Positions 39,794 through 51,931 of a DNA stretch of 64,000 bases are shown in pieces. Position 1 is the first letter of the stretch, and every line of letters begins with the position of its first letter. The notes beneath the pieces are model-generated. The model was not told where the DNA came from. It ran no database searches and worked only from the letters and a program-made list of their open reading frames with translations. Source of the stretch: Atractiella rhizophila. Taxonomy: Eukaryota. Position numbers and translations under genes: made by a program. Where the stretch lies: the NCBI GenBank assembly GCA_021432655.1, contig MU271301.1:1-64000 (forward strand), read 5' to 3'.

Positions 39794-40787
39794 CTAAGAA
39801 AGAGGAAGCAAATGTTAGCAAAAGATAGAGTCGTCGGCATGGCGGCAAAGTAATGAGGACTTTGCCGTCCGTCTCCGTCCCAAATTCTTCAACCAGATCC
39901 CTCCCAACAGGGCAACAGTACAGGGACGTAGAAGCCCAAAATCATCCCAGCGGAAGCGGAGAAGTGGATAGTGCAGAAAATGACCCGTGGTCAGATGTAA
40001 TATTCGGCGTTTTACCCGATGACCAGGCAACGCAACCAAATAGTGTTGTAGGCCGGGAAAATAGGAGAGCAGGAATACCCAAATGGGTGCGAATCCCACC
40101 TATATTGATATGCACAATTGTGATTCGGCAATGCGAGGAGAAGTCAAAAACAATTCCATGTTCCAATTGTGGACTATAATCAAACACACGCCTCCAACGC
40201 AGGGGATATTATGTCTTGGACAAATTGGGAGCTAAATAGCTATCCAGTAATACTCTACGCTACCATTCCTCATATCGAAGGAGAAGAGACAGAGAATGGA
40301 TGCCGGAAACAGGCGACTCACCGATGAGAAGGACGATAGCGTAAATTAAGTAATAATTCCACAACTCCTTCCTGATCGTGAAATTGAGCACCAACCAAAT
40401 CCACCTCAGAACCAGTTCCAACCACATCCTTGCTGATCGAATCCCCCAATCCAATCCGAAATATGCACGGTCCTCCCACAATATGCTTGTGAAATGCAAA
40501 ACCCGAAATTGGCTTCGTTACGAAAGTTGTCAGAAGTCGCCCCAGCCTCAAATATCCAGGATATCTGGGTGCAGGACAGTGCGATCGCAGTCTGACGACC
40601 TCTGGCTGGGAGGGTGAAAAGATGTGGCTGATGGATTGAATGCTTTTTAACAAGTTCGATGTTGGGCGGACTTGCAAATGTTTAGCGTAACCCTAACCCT
40701 ATGCCAGCCGCCGACCACCCGAACGAAGGGCACTAAATAACTCCTTATCGTGAATTTATCTCGCTAACATAAGAAATCAACAGAAAT

Positions 40788-41361
40788 ATGTGTACGTCTC
40801 CACTGTTTAGCCGGGGAGTGCTGATCTTGGTGGGGGTAGCCCAGAATTATATTGTCGTTTTCAAGAAAGACCTCGTCAAGGCAGAGGTGCGTCATATTCC
40901 TCATCCTCGCCTTTTAACTGGCAGTAGCAGCTGATCCATGTGGATATTATTGCAGGATGTAGACACGCACATCGAGACGCTTACGTCCAAGTATCAAGGT
41001 GTGACAGTGAACAAGAAGCTTGATGGTTCGTGCTTCCACTGTACCTGCTTTCATCCTTCACATCGCTGACGACAGGAGGTGTTGCGTGTAGGCAAGCTAA
41101 TCAAAGGCTTCGTCTGCTCCGTTCCGGACGGCTCAGACTTCCTGCAGTCCGCGCAAGAGCAACACGATGCCATCGCTTACATTGGTGAGCTCCTTTCCTC
41201 TTCCCAACCCATGCCAGTTGCGACTTCCGACTATCGGCAGGCCGCCGGAAGATAGCTTGTTGAGGCAAGATCCTGATCGGATCTTTAGGAGGAGTTTGAA
41301 GAGCATATCTGACGTTGTTTGGGGTGATTTAGAGCCTGATCAAGAGATGAAGACCCAATAG
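40788..41361 (+). CDS. Peptidase inhibitor I9 (POIA1/Pbi2-like, free subtilisin-propeptide fold), 5 exons, ~80 aa
   Basis: Manual splice gives MSQNYIVVFKKDLVKAEDVDTHIETLTSKYQGVTVNKKLDGKLIKGFVCSVPDGSDFLQSAQEQHDAIAYIEPDQEMKTQ*. YIVVFK...KGF...YIEPDQ is the I9 pattern. First coding exon is 4 nt (ATGT). Confidence 0.85.
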
Positions 41362-41824
41362 ACTGAATCCAAGACCTCAGGACCTGTACTTTGGAAGATG
41401 TTGCAACTTGCTCCTGAAGTTGCTGGCTAATATTAAATATCACGTGTTGTATCCAATATCCAGCTCTTGTATGTCTACTTGCCATGTTGGAAATCGAATG
41501 CAGCTTGTTAGTTACCATATTACTTGACTTCGTGAGCGTTGAGTGATCTCCTCCTTTCAGTATTTTTGTCCATTCTCCCAGGAAAGCGGTCTTCGGTGCT
41601 TTGTTTTTCTCTGAATCTTATAATCCTGAGCTTCAAATACGAGGACACGCAATATATGGTAGACATCACTTTCCTACTTTAGACAACTCCAGCAGCTTCA
41701 TCTTCATCTCCTTTGTCAACACTCCCGAGTGACGTCACTGCCGCTGTCACTTTACGCCTGCCGTGACAGCCTGTCGAAAAGAGAAAACACCAACCTGGCT
41801 AATACTAACGACCTCAAAAACAAC

Positions 41825-42898
41825 ATGGCAGCGCCAGGGATCGCCCCTCCGGCGACATCGCCCAACAAACCGATCCTCTTCACGTTTCCATCGACCTCAG
41901 CCGTGTCATCGGCGCTCGCAGATTTCGTGATCAGACATCAAAACGAGGCATTGGAGAAGCGCGATAAGTTTAAGATTGCCCTCAGCGGCGGGAGTCTGCC
42001 TAAGATCTTGGGAGCGGAATTGGGAAGGAGAGAGGGTGTCAGGTGGGGTGATTGGTGAGCATATCTTTGCTTTCGTTTTGTTTGCGAGGGTTGTGTGTAG
42101 TGCCGGTTTTGAGTTTGGTTGGTTGGAAAAGGGAAATATTCTTCGCTGACGAGCGTATTGTGCCTCTCGATTCGGAGGACTCGAACTACAGAGCATGCAA
42201 GGAAGAGCTCTTCTCCAAAGTCCCGATTCCGGAGGCGAACATTCATCCTTTGAACGTCGACTTGCTCGATAAGCCGGAAGAATGTGCGGAGGAGTACGAG
42301 CAGCAGCTCATCACTTCCTTCGCAGGCAAGAACGCGGTGGCGTTTCCCAGGTTTGACCTCATTCTGTTGGGTATGGGACCGGTAAGCTGATTACGTTAAA
42401 AATTTTGGATCGCGCTGACCAATGCCCATTTCGTTGCGGGACGCAGGACGGGCACACCTGCTCGCTCTTCCCGGGCCATCCTTTGCTCAGCGAAGAGCTC
42501 CGCTGGGTCGCAGCCCTGGACGATTCGCCGAAGCCTCCACCGAAACGCATCACGCTCACTTTTCCCGTGCTGAACCATGCCGTCCGTCTCTCCTCCTCTC
42601 CTCCTCTTCCTCCAGATCGAACAAAGACTGATCAAGGTTGAATGGACAGTACAACTGTGCCTTTGTGGCCACGGGAGAAGGCAAGAAGGAGACCCTCCGC
42701 ACCATTTTGGATAAACCGGAGGAGGGTCTGCCCTGTTCAAGGATTGTACCTTCTCAGCCCGGTAAGCCCTTACCTCTTCTTCTACTGTGACATAACGAAT
42801 GAGCTGACGGGCTGAGATGTGCAGGGAAGGTTTATTGGTTCGTGGATGAACCGGCGGCGAGCTTGGTGAAGTATGGAAAGCAGGAATTTAAACTGTGA
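41825..42898 (+). CDS. 6-phosphogluconolactonase (SOL3/PGLS family), multi-exon
   Basis: [83 protein letters not shown]. Ends EFKL*. Confidence 0.95.
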
Positions 42899-43342
42899 GC
42901 TGCAAAGCTGCAAAGCTTACAGCCTACGAGAGAGGAACATTTGATCGAGTGAGAGACTTTGAAGCAGCAGATGATAGATTTAAATATGTGATTCGAATTG
43001 GAGATATGAGAAGCTTGACAGTGAAGAATGAAATGATATTTGTATTTTTACATCTCGTATGCCTCCTTCAGATGCATAGTCCCGATTGCTGTCACACTGT
43101 CCACTTCTGCCCTATTGCGGTAGCATAGCTTCCTGTGACTTCATCATCTAGATGTATTATCTGAGATGCCGGATTATTGCCGCTATTGAACCAACGGGAA
43201 GAACTTTGTTTTGAGGAAGCCGATCGGGATGCTCCGAGGAACAGGAAAAAGGTCGTCATCATCAGAACAGGGTTATGACATATTCGTCGACACATTCCCC
43301 AACATATTCCAAGCGTAAGAAGTAACCAGCCAGGATAACAAC

Positions 43343-45393
43343 ATGGCATTGCAAATCTCCATTGACAATAGCACACCGCTGCTGCTCGTCGGCCTCCTGT
43401 CCCTTCTCCTCGTCCATCTCTTCCTCCGACCCTCCCTCCTTCCTCCCGTCCACCCATTCCTCTGGGGTCGCCAGTCCAACTTTTCCAACGTTCGCAACAA
43501 GAACGAGAGCCCCGTGTTTACCTCTGCCGCGCATGGAAACGGTGGCATGAACGGATTTGGACGGGATAAGAAGACAACGTTGGATTGCCTGGGAACGTTG
43601 AGGTGGGCGGATGGAGTAGTGGAGATCAGAGCGCTTGCAGCGGAGATTAAGAGCTTCATGGCTGAGAAGTCTGAGGCGCCCGGAAGTGGAGGAGTCGGAG
43701 TTTGGGCTGGAGAAGAGGAAGAAGGCATTGGTACGACCCTTTGTTTTGCTTTTGATGAGTCGGGTTGGATATTGGATACCTTGCGACATGCTTGGAATAA
43801 CTTGAATAGGGAAGGAATTCATGCTGACGAGTGCCTCTGTGACAGCCGAAATCGTAGTCTCCCTAGCGTGTATCCTCGCCGAAACACCCCTGTTCAGTTT
43901 CCCACGCAACTCCATCCCACCCGCTTCCACCGTCCCGCCACTCTCTCTTCTCTTTGTAACCTCCTGGACATTTTCGAAGGCGCGAGACTTCCTGCAGGCA
44001 TCGAACCCGCAACAGAAACCAGTCATTGTCTGGCTCGGTAAACCCTTCCATCGGTCCAACTAATGAAGGGGAATGCTGAGTGGTTTTCTGGATGGAACAG
44101 GAAGAGGAGCAGACGAGGGACTGGAGATGCTTAATGGAACGGCAGGATTGAAGATTAGGCGAGGGAGCGACCTCGTGTCTACTGGGAAGGATAAGACATG
44201 TTCTGGTGTATTGGACTCCTGTATGCGTTCTCCTTTCCACACTGAATACTGTTACTCATCCTCTTATTCTACCCAGCCTCTCAAAGAGTACTCATGACTT
44301 CTCGTTCCGAGGAAGGGAAGAACCACAAACTGACGCATAAGGTTCCTCCTCCCTCTGATTCATTTAAATGCCCCTTTGAATTGATGCATGAATGAACAGG
44401 CATTGGCAACCTCTGTTTTGGCTATCCAAGCCCTCTTTCCCTCCACCCCCACCGAACCTAACGCGCCGCCTTCCAACCTCTCCTCCCACGACCGTGTCCT
44501 CGTCGCTCTTGATACTTACACTCCTTTGGCGCTCGCTACTGTCTTTGCGGCTCTCAATAAAAATGCAGAAGTGTTGCTGAGCGGGTCGGAAGAGGTGAAC
44601 TTACTCAGTATGGCGGAAGTAGTCAAGCCAACAGTCATCTTTGCGTATGTGCCACTTCAATTTGTCAACCGTGTACAATGCTGATTGTGATTGTGATCGG
44701 TCTAGGGAAACGAAGCACCTGGAACGTCTGTCGAGGATTCTAGAGAAGAGAGCGCAGTTGAAACATGGGCGTATCTTTGGGAGAGCGTTGAAGACGAAGA
44801 TTGGGTATGCGAGGGAGGGAGTGGTATTGAAAGACAGTTGGGCGGATCGGTTCGTTGCCCATCTCGTTACCATCAATGTGTGCTCATTGTTGAATCGCAG
44901 CTGGGTATTCCAAGATGTCCGCAACGAATCCAGCCTATCCGATGTTCGATGTATCGTCTCTGTTTCCAACGGGGACAAAACTCCTCTAAAGATGTTGGAT
45001 CTCCTCCGATCCATCCTCGGTTGTCCAGTCATCTCCCTCCTCTCCCATCCCACCGTCCCCTCCCCTCTCTTCGCCACACAAGCGTACGACATGCAAGTCC
45101 ACCGCCTCTCTCACCCCGCTGCGCCAGACGAACACGAGATGCACTACGGACCGCCTGCGCATGGGGTTGAGGCTAAGTTGGTGGACGTCAGCGAGAAGCA
45201 GGTCCAAAATGGATACTATGCGGGAGAGATACTGGTCAAGACGGAAGGCAGGACTCAGGTCGTCGAGCCCCAGGACGATGAATATGTCGACCTCGCTGCT
45301 TCCACTGTATCGCAGGAAGAATGGCTTCGCACTGGTTGGAAAGCGGAGCTGAGGAAAAACGGCACAGTTCGTCTCCTTGGGGGGAAATTGTAG
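43343..45393 (+). CDS. Membrane-anchored AMP-binding (acyl-CoA synthetase-like) protein, divergent
   Basis: N-terminal TM helix followed by PPVHPFLWGRQSNFSNVRNKNESPVF; later HYGPPAHGVEAKL, GEILV and WLRTGWKAELRKNGT, which resemble degenerate ANL motifs. Multi-exon. Confidence 0.6.
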
Positions 45394-45563
45394 TGTTCAC
45401 TAGATAGAGTCCATGTTGATGCGTGCCATGCTCGGTGTAAATGTTTCAACGGAAAACGAGGAATCACATTCCATCTCGACCCTTCATAGTGAACAGAAGA
45501 TACGAGTAACAACTTCGAAGAATTATCTAAATGAAGTCTATTAATCATCGAGCCAAGTTGGTA

Positions 45564-48171
45564 TCAATGGCCCCAATACTTGAGCTCAAAATATCGGAAA
45601 ATGGGATAGGTGACGCAAGTGAACCCTTGAAAAGCACGTCAATTGGATTAGACTATCCCTGTAGAAAAGATGATGGAACTCACCAGCTGAAAGCTCGAAT
45701 CCGATATCTCCTCCGAACGCAGGAATACCGATCTTCTTCCCGATCACGCCAACGTACCAAACTTGTGCCATCCCGAGAACAGCACCTGCCACTCCACACC
45801 CCAACGCGAGGAAAGAGGCGACACCGAGAGGGAGGAGACGCCAATTGTTGAACTCGTCCGGTCGGTAGTTGGCAAATCTTCCTTTGCGGAAGATGAAGTG
45901 TTCCTGCCATGAACGCAGATTGACGAGTGTGCTTGTAGACATAGAAGGACGTACCTCTATCACGATACTCGCATAGATTGCAAGCCAATAAGAAAGGATG
46001 ACAAGCATGGTATCGAGCCATGATTCGAAGTGATTGGCACCGACCTGATGGGGAAGACTTAAAGAAATTTAACGGGTCAAGAAAAACCCCACAATCGCCA
46101 ATGCAATGTATATGCCTGTCGTGGGCATCAATAAGGAATGTTCATACAGCAGCATAAAACGTACCGGTTCCAACGAGGACAAGGAACATGCGCGGTATAG
46201 CCTGAGCAACTGGCCCCAGCGCTTGGAATGTGAGTGCAAACGAATCTAACAGAAGTGTTAGTGAATGTCAAAGAAAGAGCATGGGACGCGGACAGAGATT
46301 GGGGATGCTATGACAGAGTACGATAAGCCGTCAATCCTCACGAGGATGAAAAAAACACATACTTGTTTCCCACTGTTAAGTTCAAATCAGCGCTGCTCTT
46401 GCAAAAGAGCACAGAGAGGATCGCGCACCAATTGACAATGCCAACAGAACCAAGAGGAATTGCCCAAACCCGCCCAATGGCGAAAGGCCAGCCCCAAGCA
46501 GTCCTCCAATCCCGTCACGAAGGTAACGTTCTTCCCAAGTTGGCTTGTTCAGAAAAGTGGTCATCATTCCCGCACCCAGACTCTCTATGAGAACCGTGGG
46601 AATGTTAAGTCCTGCATAGGTCCAGAGAAAGAGCTTCCAGCTGGGAGAATCCTCAGGATAGTTCACCGAATAGTCAGCAGCCAGAGAGACCCAACCCAGG
46701 CCTTGATTTGCAGTTCTCAACTTCATAAACCTGAAAGAAAAAAAAAAGCAAAACCAAAACCTTAAAAAAACAGAAATCAGCTCCATAGTCCTCCCAAGAT
46801 TAAAAATGGGACTGACCAACAATAGCAGCCCCAAAAGACAGCACAGATGCGGCCTCGACAGGAGAAGGATTGGCTTCGTTCCAGCCTTGGGTCGTCATGT
46901 GTGGAATTCCTTCTCCCGCTATCCATATCTTTTGCTTAGCTTGATCATGGGTCTGCACAAGTAGCTCACCAATAATGATGAATATAACTAGTGCGGGGAT
47001 CTACGTGCTCCTTCAGCAGGTCCTCAAATGATCGAATTAGAGCATACCCATGTGTACCTACCATAGAACGATTACAAACGGAAACAACAGACGGAGGGAA
47101 AAGACGCACTTCTCATAAATGTGTACAAACTTGTACCCCATAAAACTGACGACTAATGTCATGGCGGCAATAATGACTTTGCAGCAAACGTCAGTGCTGT
47201 CCGTGTAACAAACAAAATGGAATCTGCACCAATAGCGGCTGCTTCAGGGATACGGTGGCTCTGGCTCACAGCACGGAGAGTCTCTCCACCGACGATAGAG
47301 TTGATAGTACTCCATCCAATGCATGCAATGAGATTCAGCACAACAGGGATGTAGTTGGTCCAGTAGCCGAAGCTGAATCTGCGAGCAGCTAAGCTAAGAT
47401 GTCAATTAGGACGTTCTGGAGAGGGCTTACCGACTGAGGGTCATCTGTCTGAGCTGGGACGTTAGTCCAGTTTGCTCTCAGCAGGAATCCGAAGGGCGTA
47501 CCGAAGGCCAAGCTAGAGAACAAGTAAGCTATGTTTTCCGCCGTCAGACTTTCAAACGTACTTTGGGTCCAAAGGTGGAAAAGAGAGCGACGGGTAAGGT
47601 CGAGAGCAGATTAAAGAATAAGATGGTGAGGATAGCCGGTCTCAAGTCCAATCCAAATACCTATGACAGCCAGGTCATCCAAACTTCCGATTCAATCGAA
47701 GAAGGACGTACACTAGCCCCGAGAGTCTATCTCGTCATTGGGCTTGTCAGGAGCATATTTAAGGATATGAAGGTAGTGCTCACGCCCAATGAAAAGGTCG
47801 ACACAGTGCAGTTTGCCGCAAACCACATCGTGAACGCTTCAACGCACTTTTGTCAGCTCTGGTAGTAAACAGCCATGACGAACTCACAGTCATACAGATG
47901 TTTTTGGGTCCTTTCGGATGGCAGCTTCCTCTCAATCCCAGAGGTTTCCAGACCCCATCTATCGAACCGTTGCACTAGATCCCACAGCTTCCGTTGAAAT
48001 TCCCATGTCGTGTGAGGAGTCGCGTGCTACTGCGAAGGTGGAAAATACCTTTTTGAAGACACCCTTATCCCTCGGGATGTAAACTTCATCATGTGACCCT
48101 ACAGGTGCGACGGAGGTCGTGGGACCTTTCTCAACGTCGTCGAGGGAGTGCTTCTTCTCGTCGTAAGACAT
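45564..48171 (-). CDS. FCY2: Purine-cytosine permease (NCS1 family), ~19 exons
   Basis: GLETSGIER, FTMWFAANCTVSTFSLG, TFGPKLGLRQMTLSRFSFGY, LNLIACIGWSTINSIVGG, GLGWVSLAADYSVNYP, NNIPNLYSFAL, VLGMAQVWYVG...GGDIGFEL. Ends ELKYWGH*. Confidence 0.93.
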
Positions 48172-48420
48172 GTCGTTTGAGCAAGCCCGGAAGGGAGAGG
48201 ATCGAAAAACTTGAAGCCATGATGTTCTTATACCAATTTACGGGATTGACAGGAAGTACCACGGCGTAGCGTGCTTGACTCTATCTGTTGAGTGTTGATC
48301 TCTATGACCACGATAAGGGCCATCCTGCACCTTCGTCCAAAATAGACTCACAACTTTGATAACACACAACACACTTATTTTGGCTATTCGCCATTCTCTT
48401 GGCGCGGACGGCCCACCGAA

Positions 48421-49244
48421 ATGCTCTCCGGATCGTCCTCTTCCTACCGAACTCCTCCACAGGAAGCGCCGTCTGCCGAAGATGTGGCGTTCATGCAGTA
48501 TGCTGTCGATGAAGCAGTTAAAGGAGCCAGAGAAGGGGGTTTGTATATTTCTGTATTCGTGACTTCAATGACATCTGCGTGCAGGAGTTCCCATAGGAGC
48601 TTGCCTAGTGTCGAAAGACGGAAAAGTGCTAGGAGTTGGGAGAAATCTGCGCGTCCAAGAAGGAAGCGCCATAAAGGCAAGCCAGCAACCTTTCGTGGAT
48701 GTTTTTGATTGAAATTGATAAATTGATAACTGTGCAGCATGGGGAGACTTCTTGCTTGGAAAACATCGGAGTAAGTCGCCAACTCTCCCCATGTGCTTTC
48801 GGTCTGATTCTACGATGACTGTAGAGGCTGCCAGCAGCAATATACAAAGGTTCGACGATGTACACCACACTCTCTCCCTGCTCAATGTGTACCGGTATGG
48901 CACAAATTGCTTCATCTCTGAAAGCCTCGCCGAGCTCTCACACAACAGGCGCCATGATTCTCTACGGAATTCCTAAGGTGGTGATAGGAGAGAACGAAAC
49001 ATTTTTGGGTGAATTGTTGTTCATCCTACGCTGCTTCGGAGAGTGTACTCATTTTCTGGGAAGGTGCTGAAGGTATTCTGAAGGATTTTGGAGTCAAAAT
49101 AATCAATCTCAGTCAGTTGATTTACATTGACCATTTCCAACTTGCTCTGATAGACTTACAGACCTCGAAGTTTGCAAGAAACTGATGGCTCAATTTATCG
49201 CAGACAAGCCAGAGATTTGGAACGAAGATGTGGGAGAGGATTGA
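48421..49244 (+). CDS. FCY1: Cytosine deaminase (fungal Zn-dependent type), 7 exons
   Basis: GAREG|GVPIGACLV...GRNLRVQEGSAIK|HGETSCLENIG|RL...TMYTTLSPCSMCT|GAMILYGIPKVVIGEN...FIADKPEIWNEDVGED*. HxE and PCxxC zinc motifs. Confidence 0.96.
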
Positions 49245-49502
49245 ACAGTCCATGTAACACACTTTCTGGCCCCGATACGTGGAACTTGACTGCTGTTTAT
49301 GGGTTCTCATCATTACTTTATTCTCCTAAAGTTGTGTCCCTAGACTTTTACCGACAAGTGATTCAGCTAGAAGGAAGCACAGCATTGATTTGGTGTTTCT
49401 TAAGAGCTACCCAGATCACCTCTCCCTGCTTTTTTGCTCTCCGTCAACTTGATACATGTATCTTTAATAACATGAAGTTTTCACTACATATGGTACATTT
49501 GG

Positions 49503-50336
49503 TCAAATCGCTAGCACTCCTTTGGTACTGGGTACCTGCCCAGCAGCTACTCCTTGCTCTATGGTGATCGCTTCTCGAATGGCAAGTGCCAACGCCTTGA
49601 ACGCTGATTCCGCCCTTAATGCAAGCTATCTTAGTTCAGGGGCAGGACAAAGGGCGAAAGCGAACTTGTGATGGTCGTTCTCCCCCTTAAGCACGTCGAT
49701 GTGTAATGTTACACCAGCAGCAACGGCAAAAGAGTGAAAGATGTGTGGAAACATCTCTATAGTTGTACACATTAGACTGAGAGGGCCCTGAGGTAGAAAA
49801 CGGATCACCAGTTGAGAGATCCCCAACCTTTTCGCGTTTCATCATCAAGTCCTTCGGGGTGCAGACGCAGTACGGTCGGGAGGAGATGTCAATGACTGCT
49901 CTGCTGAGCGCCTTTGATACTAGTCAATTAAGGGAACTGACATATGTAAGAAAAATCAAGAGACTGACCTCATCCAGAGGAGCATAACCCGTCCCATATC
50001 TCCTGATACCCTTCCTCTCCCCGAGTGCAGCTTTGAAAGCCTCTCCAAGTGCAAGAGCGCAGTCTTCCGCCGAATGATGATCATCAATCCAGAGATCACC
50101 CTTACACTCTAGAGTAAGCGACATATGGCCATGCTTCGCGAGAGCTGTGAACATCTTGCTGTCATGGCTCAGCTGGCTATTTGGAAACGACGCAATAAAA
50201 TACGAACATGATCTAGAAATCCGATTCCAGTAGCCACTTTGATGTTTTGTGTTGCTCCTGGCTCATGATCCAGCGTCAGAGTACAGGAAATGGACGTCTC
50301 TGAGGTATTGCGCGAAACGGTGGCCTGACGAATCAT
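49503..50336 (-). CDS. HIS3: Imidazoleglycerol-phosphate dehydratase, multi-exon
   Basis: [79 protein letters not shown]. Confidence 0.97.
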
Positions 50337-50512
50337 CGAGTATATCTACAATGGACCTTAATCGGCAAACAGGTGGCGATAGTAAGTGATTCAGCTCACC
50401 TATGCTCCTTCCTAAACTCCTTGATTAAGAAACCAATCAAAATCCAGCGTAATCATTTTGATCAGAAGTCATGTGATGCGACCAAACACGGCAGCCAGAG
50501 AGTTGAACCACA

Positions 50513-51425
50513 ATGCAATATCGACCTCCGTACGCCTCTCCACTGTCTTTACCCTCAACTTCCACCAACTATCGACCTCAAACTTCCTCAGGCCTTTACC
50601 GGCAGACCCAAATCTCAAGGGACGAGGCTGAGGATGACATCGTCGAGATTGAGGACCCGAACGTTGCAGAGGAAGAGGAGGAGCTGGGATTAGGAGAGGA
50701 AGATGACTGGAAAAAGACGGAGGAGGAAAAGAAGGAACGGTTGGGGTATGCATGCTTCTAAGCTTCGAATCATGATTGGGTTGCGTCGTTGGCGTTACAC
50801 TCAGCCTCCCTGCAAACTATTACAGCGTTGCACTGTTAGACTAACATGCTTCAGCTTGAAAGCTCTGCAAGCAGCTGTCAAACTACGATTGGATGTGCTA
50901 TGACAACGCTCTGTCATAGGCTTGTGCGCAGAACCAGAAGTTCCGTTATTGATCTCTACCTTGCCAATATGTTGTAGGCTCCTACTATCAAAGTTCTCGC
51001 CTGAACAGTTAGATCGCTACGAGCACTACCGACGTTCAGGTCTCAACAAAGGAAAGGTCCAACAAGTACGCGTCCTCTCGACTTTTCGCTTCTCCTGACA
51101 GCGGGAGTCTGACCTGTGGATACTTAGTTGGCGAAGATTGCGTTGAGCCAAAACGTTTCTCCTCAAGTCATCACTGTCCTACGCGGTTCAGCTAAAGTCT
51201 TCGTTGGAGAAGTGACGGAGAAGGCACGCGCTTTTCAAGCTTCAAAAGGAAGGAGTGGGCCTTTGACACCCGACGACATCCGGGAAGGTGCGCATCTTTC
51301 TTCTATGGGAGAGCGACTCACGTATTGAATAACTACCCACGGTCATAGGATATCGAGTTTACCTTGAAGAGCATCCTGATCTTGCTTCACAGGGTTCAAA
51401 TGGGAAGGCGATGTTCACGCGGTGA
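50513..51425 (+). CDS. TAF11: TFIID subunit TAF11 (histone fold), 4 exons
   Basis: LLLSKFSPEQLDRYEHYRRSGLNKGKVQQ|LAKIALSQNVSPQVITVLRGSAKVFVGEVTEKA...GPLTPDDIREGYR. Confidence 0.88.
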
Positions 51426-51931
51426 TGAGACGGATGGTAGTGTAGTCTCCGAATGAATAGCGTTGTAATATAACAATCTTTGTTGATTGCACCTCGAAAA
51501 AAACTAATTAAAGGACACAGGCCGAAAAGGGAAGATGAAACTAATTGGACGTTCTTGCACATGAGATTTATGCTTGATGCTAATTAGTAATTGGACAGAA
51601 CGATACCCAAAGACCAATCCAAAAGTACCTGATTATATTGGACATGAAAGTCAAAGCAATTACTGATGATGAATGGATGGATTAAGTGATCAATGCAGCA
51701 TGACTTGTTCCTTCAGAACGCAAATAAACCCAATTAGAAGGGGTGGGAGAACTGAGAACGTTAAACTTGACTGGAGGAGGCTGTGTAATAACCAATGAGT
51801 ATAAAGAATAGAGCTAATAAATCGAACTGAGAAATGGAAGACGAAATATGGTACGAGAAATTCAAAAACAAATACTGGAAGAGAACGCGACGGTCGCTCC
51901 TCCGTTGTTTTGAGCATCTTCTGTCGAGAAC

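Noticed and set aside
42894..42925. Possible cryptic peroxisomal extension of 6-phosphogluconolactonase (GTGAGC donor overlapping the stop)
   Set aside because: The nearest acceptor gives a 28-nt intron, the stop context is not TGA-CTA, and the alternative tails I tried give no PTS1.
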